The translations under genes and the position numbers were made by a program. A stretch of DNA of 64,000 nt from Macrostomum lignano (taxonomy: Eukaryota), in the NCBI GenBank assembly GCA_002269645.1, contig NIVC01001982.1, forward strand, positions 124,001 to 188,000, in the 5' to 3' direction. The notes under the pieces were generated by a model. It did not search any database, had not been told where the DNA came from, and worked only from the letters and a program-made list of their open reading frames with translations. Position 1 is the stretch's first letter, and each line of letters begins with the position of its first letter. Below are positions 38,605-50,345 of this stretch, piece by piece.

Positions 38605-39226
38605 CTAATAAATAAAGCGACTCCCCTGTTTGCACGAACCGGCGGCGTCTGCGTCGGCGGCGCCTGTGGGAGGATTGGGGGACGGGGGCGTTAGCGGCAA
38701 CTGTTCCATCGGCGGCGTCTGCGGCACCGGCTTCTGCACTGGCGGCGCTTGCGGGAGGATTGGGGGGGGCGGTGATGTTGGCGGCAACTGTTGCATCGGT
38801 GGCGGTGGTGGGGGCTGCTGTAACTCTGCCAGCTGTCGTTCCAGCACCGCAACTCGTGGATCCTCCGCCGGTGCCGGCAGTGGGTCTGCCAGTGCTGGCG
38901 GCGGGTGCTGGATTCCGTCATTTAAAAGGACACGCCAGATCTGCTCCATATGCCTTTGGGGATTTCCGACCAGGCCATGCACAAAGAGTGCAGTTCGTAG
39001 GCCTGGTCTGAAATACAGCGCCGAGTTTTGCCCCCTAAAAACTCTGACACCGTTCGAAATTCCGCTGCTGTGCGAGCTCGCTCTGCGCAAGCATGGGCAC
39101 AGCGCTGTTCTTAAGGAGCTGCCGGGTTGTCCTCGAGGTGATTGCTTCCGGGCAAACTTCCATCGGTTCCGCAGCATCGGCGTTGCCCTCTACTACTAGA
39201 TCCTCCAGAAGCTGAGCGAAAGACAT
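38605..39226 (-). pseudogene. Unknown frameshifted ORF with Pro-rich C-terminus, probably repeat-derived
   Basis: ORF 39035..39226 joins the ORF 38605..39177 frame if one T is removed at TTTTAGGGGG (CQSF-RGQNSALY). No family recognised. Confidence 0.35.
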
Positions 39227-40124
39227 AGTTGCCGCAGATGAGTTTGATGAGACGAGACGACGTTAAAAATCTGAGAATTGCGACGGGGAGGCAGATTCTT
39301 GAAAGCCCAACTCACACACACTTAAGGAATACGAATACGCGATGTGGCCATAGACACTCCACTAAATTGCGGTTGCAGCCCAGCATTCAAGTCGTAAGCA
39401 CTGCTGTCAAAGTCGCGTAATTTTAGCCAGCCTTGGAGGATAAATGAGGCTCCAGAATTGGAGCCTCGAGCTCCAATACTAGATAGATGTGCAGTATTCG
39501 ACGTGCAGTTTAGTGCTAGACAGCTCAGTGGCTGTCGTAGTTGTCGTCGCCTATTTGCGGCGGCATTGACGACATCTCCAATCGAATTCAGTCCATTCTC
39601 GGCAGGTTTCTTATCATCGCCTCTAAGCCTATTTCGTCTTCTTGTGGTGCAATTGTAGCATATAACGGACTACTGCTGATTACGAACACTCAGTACATCC
39701 CTGTGCGTCAATCAGCACTGCGCCTTAGTGCAGCCTTGCCAAGTCTCCAAATTTCATCAGCACGTCGACCTCATGTGTCTGCATCAGCTCTGACATTGTT
39801 AGTCACTGGCCTTCTCCCAGACGGAGCTTCTGGGCCTTCAACAGGTGGCACCAAGTGACTATGGACACGTTGTTGCAAATTTCTCCTGTTTCGATGATCA
39901 AGCCCCGACAGTGGGCAAACTTCAACTGCTAGGTATCTTCAGCTAGCTAAATAATGGGTAGTATGCCGAGACAGGCAGAATGATGAAGCTCCCTTGAGCA
40001 GGAACGCTACTCCATGGGATATAGCGAATAGCTGATACCCTGCTACCCAACGACATAATGCAGCCACTACAAGTGACTTGTCTAGTAAAGATCCGGCTAC
40101 TCTTCTGTTGCCAATGACTTTTAT

Positions 40125-40432
40125 TGACTCTTAGTGACTCTTAGTGCCTCTCAGTGACTCTTAGTGAATCTTAGGACTTTTGCTGACATTTAGTGACTTT
40201 TAGTGACTTTTAGTGACTTTTAGTGACTTTTAGTGACTTTTAGTGACTTTTAGTGTCTTTTAGTGACTTTTAGTGACTTTTAGTGACTTTTAGTGACTTT
40301 TAGTGACTTTTAGTGTCTTTTAGTGACTTTTAGTGTCTTTTAGTGACTTTTAGTGACTTTTAGTGACTTTTAGTGACTTTTACTGAATGTGTGTGACTTT
40401 TAATGAGCCTTAGTGACTCTCAGTGATTTTTT
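40125..40432. repeat. 10-bp minisatellite (TTAGTGACTT)n
   Basis: Read directly. Homogeneous core at about 40190-40380 with degenerate edges. Confidence 0.95.
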
Positions 40433-40542
40433 TAGTGTCTTTTGTTTCTAAAAAGCCAAGACCCTGGGAATCTACCATAGTCGCCGATTGGCTTGTGAAT
40501 TGGGGTTTGGTTTTCGCTGCTCTGTATTGGCTGATAGCTAGG

Positions 40543-41566
40543 TCACTCGTATTCTGTCTGGGGTCGTCCCCCGTTTATATTTGGCTCGCTGATACCGACA
40601 TAGCAAGTGTGGGGATAGCCCAATAACTGATTAAAAACGCCCAATAAGATTCTGTTCATTCGATCTGGAGAGTGTTTTTCTAAGTGTTGCCAGTCTGTTG
40701 GGTTTTGTTTCTTATATTCAGCTACTTTCAAAGGGTCTAACTGCTCGAGTTGACTGAGTACTTGTTCTTCTGTGGAATTTTGCTGCTGTAGTTGTGGTTG
40801 TTGTTGTTGTTGTTTTTGTTGTTGTTGTTCTAGATATTTTATGACTTCCGCCTGATCTGGCAAATCGAACCATTGTTTAAAGTGTTTGTACTTTTTAATC
40901 TAGTCAGGTTGACACCGTTATCATACATAAGTCTCAGGACTTCTGGGGCCTTTAGTATTTCTATATCTCTAGCAAGAGCAAAAGTCACTAGATCTCTATA
41001 GTTCTTTAGCTGTTTGTCCGAGATTCTCTCTTGGTTCTTGGTCATAAAATTCAGTAAGGTTTCTGTGAAAGGAATGCTCTTAGTTTCCGAGCCTTTGACA
41101 ACAGAAATATGTTTCTTATTTATGTCGATATAATATTCCACTGGTTCATTGTAAATATTTTTTCTCCACAAATACTTATTCCAAATACATATTTCCCATC
41201 ATGTTCTACACGCTCTACTGGTCCAAAAATGTTATCTGTCACTTTTAGTTGTGGTTGTGGTTGTGATTGTTGTTGTTGTGATTGTTGTGGTTGCGGTTGT
41301 GTCTGTGGTTGCGGCTGTATCTGTGGTGCTTCTGGAATTTTGCCCAATGCCTTTTGCACCTGGGTTTCCTGTATGTCGTCGATAGTTTCTTTGACCTGAT
41401 CAATATTTTTCTTAGCTTCTCCATACCCGGGCTTATGAAACTCTGTGGCTGCTTGGACAAACTCATTGTAGGATTGTTGCTCCTTTTTTATTGACCCGGT
41501 AACTCGTTTCTCTGCTTGTGCTAGCTTCTCCAATTCAGATATCTGCTGTGTACTTTTTCGCTTCAT
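40543..41566 (-). pseudogene. Polinton/adintovirus-type accessory ORF (coiled coil, Q-rich; DUF8207-like), frameshifted
   Basis: Three consecutive minus-strand ORFs chain together. DNIFG..DGKYVFG...TETLLNFMTKN...QLKNYRDLV resembles the conserved uncharacterised Polinton ORF. It lies head-to-head with the capsid genes. Confidence 0.5.
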
Positions 41567-41596
41567 TTCTTATTTTATTTTATTTTTAGTTAAAAA

Positions 41597-42757
41597 ATGA
41601 ACGACCCACTGACACCAGTTTTCTACAAAATTAACAAGCCTATTTTAAGTGATGATGGCACAATCAAAGCGACTCAGGTAAGAGTTCCCAGTCAGGAAAA
41701 TCAGAATGAAACTAATCTTGATCCTGGTCAAACACTGACATTTACATACAATGGATGTTCGTCTTTGGTTAGTGTGCACACTGCACAGTCTTAAGAGCGG
41801 CTTCCATATGACATTTGAATTCAAGACAAAGGGTGGTGCGGATGCGGCTCGTGCTAACGTTGACAAGCATGATGCGGATGTGGCTCTGATTAGTAAATTT
41901 TGGGCGTACATGTTCGAGGAGTTTAGTGTATCGAATGGGAGCACTGAGTTGGAGCGAATCGCCAACTTTGGAATTGTCTATGACGCTCATTGTTTGATCG
42001 AGAATCCTGATTTTATTCAGTTGGGAAGTGGTGCGGGTTTTATTGCAGATGAAAAAGAAGGAGACATCAATGACAGTGGCTATAAAAATAGGAAGAAGAG
42101 ATACAACTATGCATTGCAAGGTGCTGATGATGCTGCTAAGAACCCGCTGTATCGGTCTGTTGATGTATTTGTACCATTGAGATTCATGAGTGGATTCTGT
42201 AATACATTTAATCGACTGACTAGTAACTTTAGCTACACATTTATACTGACTAGAGATGATCGCCTACATGTGTCGAGATGAGCGAAACGAAACTAGAACA
42301 AACATCTGCATCAAAGAGGGATCATGCAGCAATCCAAGGTATATTATTATTAACATGAGAAACCCAAATAGCATTATACGCTACATGCATGGAGACGTGC
42401 GGTCCATTCAGCATGAAATCAGTGATAATCTTTACCCTGCACTGCCACAAAATGGAGATTTCAGTCAGAACAAGATTGCAGATGTTTCTCAAAATTAGCA
42501 AATTTTACAGCGAGTTGGTCGACTTGGCTGTGAAAGAGAACAATGCAATTGCTATCACTGCTCTTCAATATGGAACTCTATATCCGATGTTTGGCGCTGA
42601 TGTGTCTGCCAGACAAATGCCTACTGATAACAGCCCTGTGAATATCGTGACTAACATTGAGAGGATTGTCGCAACACCCGTGGACCTGTACATTATCTAT
42701 GCATTTGAGAGGAAGGTGAAGCTTAACATGATCAACAATTCATCCAGTAAAGTTTAA
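41597..42757 (+). pseudogene. Polinton/adintovirus major capsid protein (double jelly-roll), about 3 frameshifts and a probable internal deletion
   Basis: Ordered motifs: ETNLDPGQTLTF; MFEEFSVSNGSTELERIANFG; DSGYKNR; VFVPLRFMSGFCNTFNRL...FILTRDD; NPRYIII; LYP...DFSQN; LYPMFGADVS; DLYIIYAFER. Confidence 0.75.
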
Positions 42758-42781
42758 ATATTTTTTTTGTGGGTGAAAAAA

Positions 42782-43673
42782 ATGGAAGCGATTGCTGAAA
42801 GACTAAATAATATTATTTCGCACTCCAAGGAGAGCATTCCTATTACAATAACTGGGCGAATTAATGACTCAAACGGGATATTTGTTCAAAAATTAGAGCA
42901 GGCGATTAGCCTGGATCCAGGTGCTAATTACCATGTCTATCTTAACGACTTCACTGGTTGGTCAAACGTTCCCAATGTGACGGCAGCAAATTTATTATAA
43001 ATTTATAATAATTTATTGTAATCAGTTTTATTACAAATGGAAAGGTGCAGCAGCAGAACCTGTAGTATTCCCTGTGAGCACGCAAACTGTGGATACTTAC
43101 AATTACTTTCTAGAAAACGTCTTTACTAAAAGAGGCCATTTTGAGACACCTGATCTGATTAAGCCAGAGAAAAAACTGTTCCCTGTCAAACTAGCCTATG
43201 ATCTCACTGTAATGAGAGTGGTCATGCAAGTTCACAAAGATGCGGAGGTTGAGTTTAAAGATGACACTTGGTATAGGGAATTGGGATTCGAGAAGAAAGT
43301 TTATAAGGCAGAATCCACGGCGCGGACCGCCACTCAAACGTCGGGGGCCGTTAGCATGGCCCGGGAAAATGTAAGCGGTTTGTTCTTAGCACCCAATATT
43401 GCAGACATTGTAAAGGGTTTGAATATTCTAATCAGAAGCAATCTTAGTCTTGATTGGGTATTTAAGGGAAAGCGAACGAATATTTTGTACAACATCTCCA
43501 ACTCTGTTGCTGGAGGACAGATGGTGGTAGAGAAACCAAATCCAGTGAAAAGAGTTGTATTGAGTAATAAGGAGATTCACGAGATTGTGCTACAGTTTGA
43601 GACTGAAGATGGGGTGGGTGTTGATTTCAACGGTGAAGAGTTTGTATTGACGTTAATCATTGAGAGAATGTAA
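42782..43673 (+). pseudogene. Polinton/adintovirus minor capsid protein (penton), broken by a 28-nt insertion
   Basis: ISLDPGANYHVYLNDF..SNVPNVTAAN|NQFYYKW; ELGFE; DIVKGLNILIRSNL..G..TNILY; GQMVVEKP; IHEIVLQF..EDG..VDFNGE..VLTLII. Confidence 0.78.
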
Positions 43674-43677
43674 GAAA

Positions 43678-43944
43678 TCACAATTGCCTAATGATTTCTG
43701 CAAAGTTATAGTAGCTGTCGTAATCTTTTACGTAGGTTACTCCATACTTATGAAACCAGTGTCTTTGGAGAGCTAGATTAATATTAGGGACATTGATATC
43801 AACGCCGGGCCAATATTTTCTCATGTACTCGCTGCATTCTAGTTTGCATCGGTACTTACTCTTGTAATTAGGCTCGTGCGCTTTGTAATAAGAACCTGGG
43901 GAGACAACTGGAAGCATTTTTATTGAGAATTTAATTTTTTTCAA
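43678..43944 (-). CDS. Small hypothetical ORF convergent on the penton gene
   Basis: 88-aa ORF abutting the penton stop. No motif recognised. Confidence 0.3.
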   Translation of the reverse strand: MKKIKFSIKMLPVVSPGSYYKAHEPNYKSKYRCKLECSEYMRKYWPGVDINVPNINLALQRHWFHKYGVTYVKDYDSYYNFAEIIRQL

Positions 43945-44083
43945 AGGGTAAGGACCCTGCGCTGATGATTTAAAGTTTTAGGGATGTGGTAGCACGTTGC
44001 GGATTGAATGTGGGGAGAAGAATGCAGATTATTTTCTGATTGTTTCGAAGATGCTATGGGTGGATGTCAGTGGATTATGTAGG

Positions 44084-44470
44084 ACACCTGTTATGCTCTG
44101 ATTCTGTCGTGGAGGAAGGAGGATAGGTTAGGATTATGGATGACGTTTTGTGAGCGAGTGCGACACCTGTTATGCTTTGATTCAGGGATAATATGGATGG
44201 ATTTAGGAGGATTATGTTCGAAGTTTTTGGAGCAAGTAGGACACCCGTTATGCTCTGATTCTGTCAGGGACAATATGGATGGATTTAATGGGATTATGGA
44301 GGACGTTTTGTGAGCCAGTGCGACCCCCTTTTTTTGTGATTCTGTCGGGGATAATATGGATGGATTTAATGGGATTATGTTCGAAGTTTTTGGAGCAAGT
44401 GCGACCTCCCTTTTTTTCTGATTCTGTTGGGGATAATATGGATGGATTTAATGGGATTATGGAGGACGTG
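44084..44470. repeat. About 80-bp tandem repeat, five copies, alternating A/B subtypes
   Basis: Unit starts at 44084, 44163, 44241, 44323 and 44404. Unit ends alternate between gacgttttgtgagc and tcgaagtttttggagc. Confidence 0.85.
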
Positions 44471-44508
44471 AAAAATTTTGTCCCAGAAGCCCCCTCATGC
44501 ATTCTACT

Positions 44509-44585
44509 CATTGGTGTTTTGACCCCCATGTTTTAACATTGGTGTTTTGACCTCCTCATGTTTTAACATTGGTGTTTTGGCCCCT
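44509..44585. repeat. 28-30-bp tandem repeat, three copies (cattggtgttttgacc...)
   Basis: Starts at 44509, 44537 and 44567. Confidence 0.8.
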
Positions 44586-44759
44586 AAGTGGAAGAACTCT
44601 CATCATCGGAATTCTGAAGGGGAAGAATTCCCATCAGCTAAAATTCCATCACTTGAATCCCATCTTCCAAATCGTGTCCAAATCATGTACAACGCCTTTC
44701 AACTAACCATATATCTTGTTTTCACTGTTTCCAAAAACTCGCTGGCATTGTCCAGACTC

Positions 44760-45445
44760 GGACTCTCATGTCTCTGCTCTCATTTCTCATATCTCATATC
44801 TCATATCTCACCCTCTCCTTTCTTATCTCCCATCTTCTTCTCTTTTCTACCATCTCCTGTCTCATCTATTCTCTCTTTTCTCTCCTCTCCATTCTCTCTT
44901 CTCTCATCTCCTTTCTTTTCTCATATTCTACTCTCTCTTCTCTAATCTTGAATCTCTTCTCTCTCTTATTTTCTCACACTTATCTCTTTTCTCATTGCAT
45001 CTCTCATCTCTCCTCTATGCACTCTCAGTCTCATCTTTACCCTCTTCTTTCTCATCACTACTTTCTTCTCTTACCATCTATCATCTCTGATCTTTCATCT
45101 CTCTTCTCTCTCCCATCTCCTATCGCTTCTCTCTCCTATCTCTCACTTCATATCTACTACCTTATTTCTCTCTTCTCCCTCCTACGTCTTTCGTATTTAC
45201 TCTTTCCTCTGTCCGCTCCTCTCGCATCTCTCATCTCTAATCTCTATTCCTTTTCTCTCTCTTCCACTCTCCCTTTGCTTCTATTCCTCTGTACGCTCTT
45301 ATCCCTTTCCTCTCTATCACATCTCATCTCTTTTGTCTCCTCTCTGCTATCTAATATCTCAATTAGAGTGAAAGGAGAAGAAAGGAGAGATGATAGAAAA
45401 GAGGGAATGAAGTGGGAGCGAGAAGAGAAGAGGAGAGAGGAGATC
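44760..45445. repeat. CT-rich low-complexity tract
   Basis: Degenerate (CT/TCTC/ATCT) sequence with strong pyrimidine strand bias. Confidence 0.9.
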
Positions 45446-46244
45446 TGAGCCGATGGCACAGCCGATGGCAGAAGTGTGTGCAGCACAGTGGTGACTATGT
45501 GGAGAAGCCTCAGGACAATGTTGATGATTAACTTTTGACTGTTCTTTCCTCAGCTTTCATGTTGCGGACGTTTTGTTGATTCGTTGAATGTTTCTTTTCG
45601 TGCATCAGGTACAAATCTTTGGTCTATGGCAATTTGTAGAATTAGTAGCACAGGGGGTGGGGCAGAAAAGTGCTCATATCTCAAGAATGCCAGCAGATAC
45701 AGAAATAAACAGAAATTCATTTTAACGGGCAGATAATTCTCTTTCAACTGAAACAGACTTAATATTTCTGATCGGTCAGAAAAGGCTGTAGTAAAGAAAG
45801 TGCACCAACTTTTGGGACACCCCTCGTATCTGCGTATCTAATTTAAAAGTAAACAGGTTTATATTTGCTTTATGTCTGCTGGATTTGTATTATAGTATTC
45901 GTATTGTATTTATCCTTTATACTATACATTTTACTGTATGTATTTATGTTATTTTGCATAATAGTTTTTAATGTAGCTTGTTTTAATGACCAATGTTAAT
46001 TTATGTATAATAAATTGTCAATTAATCACTCGTGTCGTAAGACTTCGCCGCTCTGATTTGGCACTTTCGGATGAGAAATCAAATGAGGCTCCTCGGCATC
46101 AATTTTATTACTGGTGTAGCTTTTAAAAATAGCAACTTTAACAGAAAGTTAACAAAAAACAAAGCAATAAATGTTTCAGGAGTTATAAAAAAGTGACTTA
46201 AAGTCCTAAAAGCGTACACAATGTACTTTCTATTTTAACTTTTA

Positions 46245-48401
46245 TCGATAACTCAAATAATCGCTTTATACCACTTCGTATTTAAACAATTGCATTTGGT
46301 TTACTTCGTTGTAATTTTTTACTCAGTTCGCTGCTTATCGTTCAAACTAAAACAAGTCTTGTCTGCGTCGCGTCAATGGCGTCGCAAGCAGCTAGGATCC
46401 AAGAAGAGACACAACAGAACCCAGACCAAGTAGAAGCCTGGATTCTGAGCTTTGCTGCCAATGCTCGGATAATGGAGGATATGAATTTCGAAGCTATAAA
46501 AGAACTGATAACTGCCACCATCCGTCCCAAGCGGCGCCTTGATTGACGGTCTGGCTACGGCAGAGCACAGGCGCAGGTTGCTCGAAAGGACTCAAGGTGC
46601 TGAAGTTCTGCTTCTCGACATTCTGCAAAGCTTAGAACAACTCGAGCAAATACAAGAATACATACAGTGTGGCCCCGACACAACCGCAGCAACTGGAGAT
46701 AGCCTTCGCCAGACGTCAGTCCAAGTCCAATGCTTCATCAAAGTGCTCATACTGCGGGGGTAGTCACGCAAAAGGAAGCTGCCCTGCTTACGGAAAGAAT
46801 TGTGCGAACTGCAACAGGCGCAATTACTTTGCCTCTGTCTGCCAATCAAAGACTGTCCATCAAGAGTCACTTGAACCCCAGGTCAGCGAACAGGAACCAC
46901 AGAAGGCTTCAAGCGACGCCCACAGTGGAGCATCAAACAGATTCGTTGAATCCAAGGGCTGGTGACAGGGGCCTTTTCCAGTCAGTTCGCATCAACGGTC
47001 GGCCGCTCCGGATGCAGCTTGACACAGGTGCAGAGATAAGTCTCATCCCCAGCAACCACTGGGAGCTGCTCGGCCGTCCCCCGCTCCGCAAGACCAGACG
47101 AATTCTGCGCCAGTTCGATGGGTCCATCATAACATGTCTAGGTGAATTCACAGCCACATGGGAGACACAGTCGCAGTTTCGCACTTTAGACTTGGTTGTC
47201 ACTGCCGCTCAAAAGTCCCACGGACTCTTGGGAATGGACAGTCTCAGCTTCGACCAGAACCCGTCCATCACGACACTATCAGCTTCGATCGCTGCTGTGG
47301 AGCAACATCCGCACCTACGAGGATTCGACGCCAAGATCAAGCTGGTGGAGGGAGCCAGGCCTTTCTATTGTGCTGCTCGATCCGTGCCAATTCACCTTCA
47401 AGACAGCGTAAATGCTGAGCTAAGAGGGTGGAAGCCGAGGGGACCATCGAACCTGTTCCCCCCCCGGTGGGAGCGAGTGGGCTTCCCCCATTGTGTGCGT
47501 CATGAAACCTAACTGGCGAGTTCGAATCTGTGCCGATTTTAAAGCCGGCGTCAATCATCAAATCTGCGATGGCAGTTGAAACCATCCTCGCTGACATCGC
47601 CGGTATGTCCTACATGTATTTCGCCACTCTTGATCTGTCCGACGCTTATTTGCAAATAAGATTGGAAGAGTGGAGCAGAACGGTTACTACGGTGGCCACG
47701 CCATTGGGCCTGTTCAGATACAACCGGCTTGTTCCTGGTCTCAAATCGGCCTCTGCTATTTTTCAAAAGGCCATGGAATCGACGCTGTCCGAGGTAAAAG
47801 GAAAGGTTGTCTACCAAGGTGACATCCTGCTCGGTGGACGCTCACGAGCAGAACTGGACGCCAAGGTCAATCGGAACGCTGACGTCCGCCGGGATGACCG
47901 TCAACTTGGATAAGTCCAACCTGGGCGCCGCGGAGGTGAGCTTCCTGGGCTACAAGATCAGCGCTGCAGGCGTCTCTCCCGATTCAACGTTGGTTGAGAG
48001 AATCCAGGCAATCAGTGCGCCCAAGGACCGTCGCCAATTGGAGTCCTTCCTAGGCTTTTGAAACTTTTCGGGAGATTCGTGAAGAACTATTCCAGCATCT
48101 TTGAGCCGTTGAATCAGTTAAAAGGTAGAAGCACTGAATTTAACTGGGGTGCAGATCAGGATCGGGCGTTTCACCATCTGAAGGAACTCTTAGCCAGCAG
48201 ACCCATTATCCGTCCTTAAGATCGAAAAAAGGAAACAACGCTGACCACGGATGCCAGTGAGCGTGCTATCGCTGCGGTTCTCACCCAAGATGGACATCCT
48301 GTGATGTACTTCAGCAGGAGATTAAGTGAGGCTGAGTCTAGAGCGAGAGGCTCTTGCGGTTGTCTGGGCGATGGAACGAGCCCGCCAATTTCTGCTGGGA
48401 A
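46245..48401 (+). mobile_element. Ty3/Gypsy LTR retrotransposon, 5' half (partial LTR, PBS, gag, protease, RT, RNase H), decayed
   Basis: LTR 3' end ...aacaagtcttgtctgcgtcgcgtCA (46375) followed by TGGCGTCGC (candidate PBS); CCHC knuckles CSYCGGSH...C; LDTGAEISLI; LDLSDAYLQI; YQGDIL; [15 protein letters not shown]. Many frameshifts. Confidence 0.9.
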
Positions 48402-48507
48402 CCTGTTGTTGTACTCGCGACTCTCAGGAAGGGCGCACCTACGAGGGTCAGAGTACGCGGGCCCGTGCTGGCCTGCGTCGGGGCGCGAGTGTCCGCACAG
48501 GACCCTA

Positions 48508-48702
<195 letters not shown>

Positions 48703-48847
48703 CTACAGCTCCCGAAATGAAATAGACGAGGCAGTGACTTACTTCGCGGATAGCTCGCCCTTGCGCTTGCGGTCAATAAATCGTAGCTGAGGTCTGCTCG
48801 CGGCTGGCGGACCCGATGGTCAACGTTTATTGCGTATGTGTTAGGGG

Positions 48848-50345
48848 AAGGGCGGTTCTAAAGACGCTGTAATCAGCGCTCTGGGCCTGCGTTGTAGAGT
48901 GCGGCAAAGAAAACCCACCACGGGCCGGCAGCCACCCGCCCCGGCCGCGCCTAAAAAGGCCACGACCCCCCCCCCCGGGGCCGAGGGCTCCCCCCGCCCC
49001 ACCCCCCACCCCACCCCGGCTCAGCCACCCACCGGCCAATCACGGCGCAGCTGGGGGAGGGCAGCCTGGGAGGAGGGCCAAACAGGGCGGCCCAGCCAAC
49101 CAGCGCGCAGACAACCCAAAGGGCTAAGCGGCTTACACCGCTGAGTCTATCGCACCAAAAACAAATACGGAGCAGAGTGCACTTTAGCAGTGCAAGCACA
49201 CGGGCAAAACAACATAGCACAAAAACAAATAAAGTATGCCGCGTGGGGGGCAGAGTGCACTTTGGCAGGGCAAGCGCACGGGCACAACACCCCGCCCCCC
49301 AAAAAAAGAAACAAAACGATTGACAGATAAACGCGTAGTACCATAATCACCCGCCACCACAAAAGATAATGCTGTTGAACAAAAAACATGACGCTAGGCA
49401 TGGCCCCAAAAATCGAATGATGAGACAATAAATTACAAAAAGGGTGATGCAAAGTCTGTCACTCAAAGACTAACGCTGACAAGGGCCAAAAAATGACGCA
49501 AACTCTGAACGGTCACTTCAGGCAGGGTCCACTCGCCTCCCCCGGTGGTGTCCGAGCACAAACTGTCGTCCGCAGCGGCGGCCCTGTCCCCGGGCCGGGT
49601 CCAGCGTGGGCGTCCGCACCGGCCTCGGGTCCGTCCTCGCTCCGCTCCGGAACCGACCACCGCCTCGTCCCAATCACCTCGGTTACCCCCCTTCCCTAAC
49701 GACCCGTAACAGCACCACTTTCCGGGAACGCGAGCCACCACAACTGACAACCCTCAAGGGCACCTGCCTGCCACCCCGCCAGCACACCCCACGCTCACAC
49801 CCTACTAGCACTCGCACGCCACCACTCGAGCACACCAGCGCAGCAGCCTCCTCACGTGACCCGGCTTGCAGCAGATCGTACTGCTCAACCACCGCGTTCA
49901 CCATTCTCACCGCCTTTCTCAAACGCTCCACCTTCCAACCCCGTTGTCGACCGCGGCCCTTTGACCACGTTACCGACAGATCACGCCGCAATAACTTCAG
50001 CACCTGAACTAGCGCGGCCGTGACGTATCTTCGGGGCTCTTCCCCTCGCGCTACGAACATCTCCCACGGATGCCTCACCGCCTGCCAAATCTCCGCCTCA
50101 CTCCGCCACGGTTCTAACTACGCCTTCGCCAGCCTCAGTCACGCCACTTCTACAGTCTGATCGAGCTCTCACCACGAGCACCGCCACCGTACGTTCACCG
50201 CCATCACTTCATCACCATTGCCTCAGACTCATCGACCCACTCTGTCTTCTACCATCTAACTTATTGTTGCGTAGCCACCAGTGCATCGCTTACGAATTCG
50301 ACTAGTACTTTGACCTATCTCTGTTGACAATAACAAACGTTACAA
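48848..50345 (-). mobile_element. Unclassified GC-rich insertion inside the Gypsy nest
   Basis: Interrupts pol-like sequence. Contains poly-C runs, a duplicated motif cagagtgcacttt(a/g)gcag(t/g)gcaagc(a/g)cacgggca(a/c)aaca and a broken minus-strand ORF. Confidence 0.4.

Noticed and set aside
40190-40380. (TTAGTGACTT)n as telomeric repeat
   Set aside because: The period is 10 bp and not TTAGGG. The position is interstitial.
44547-45486. Ser/Leu-rich 'membrane protein' ORFs
   Set aside because: CT-rich low-complexity DNA is open in several frames.
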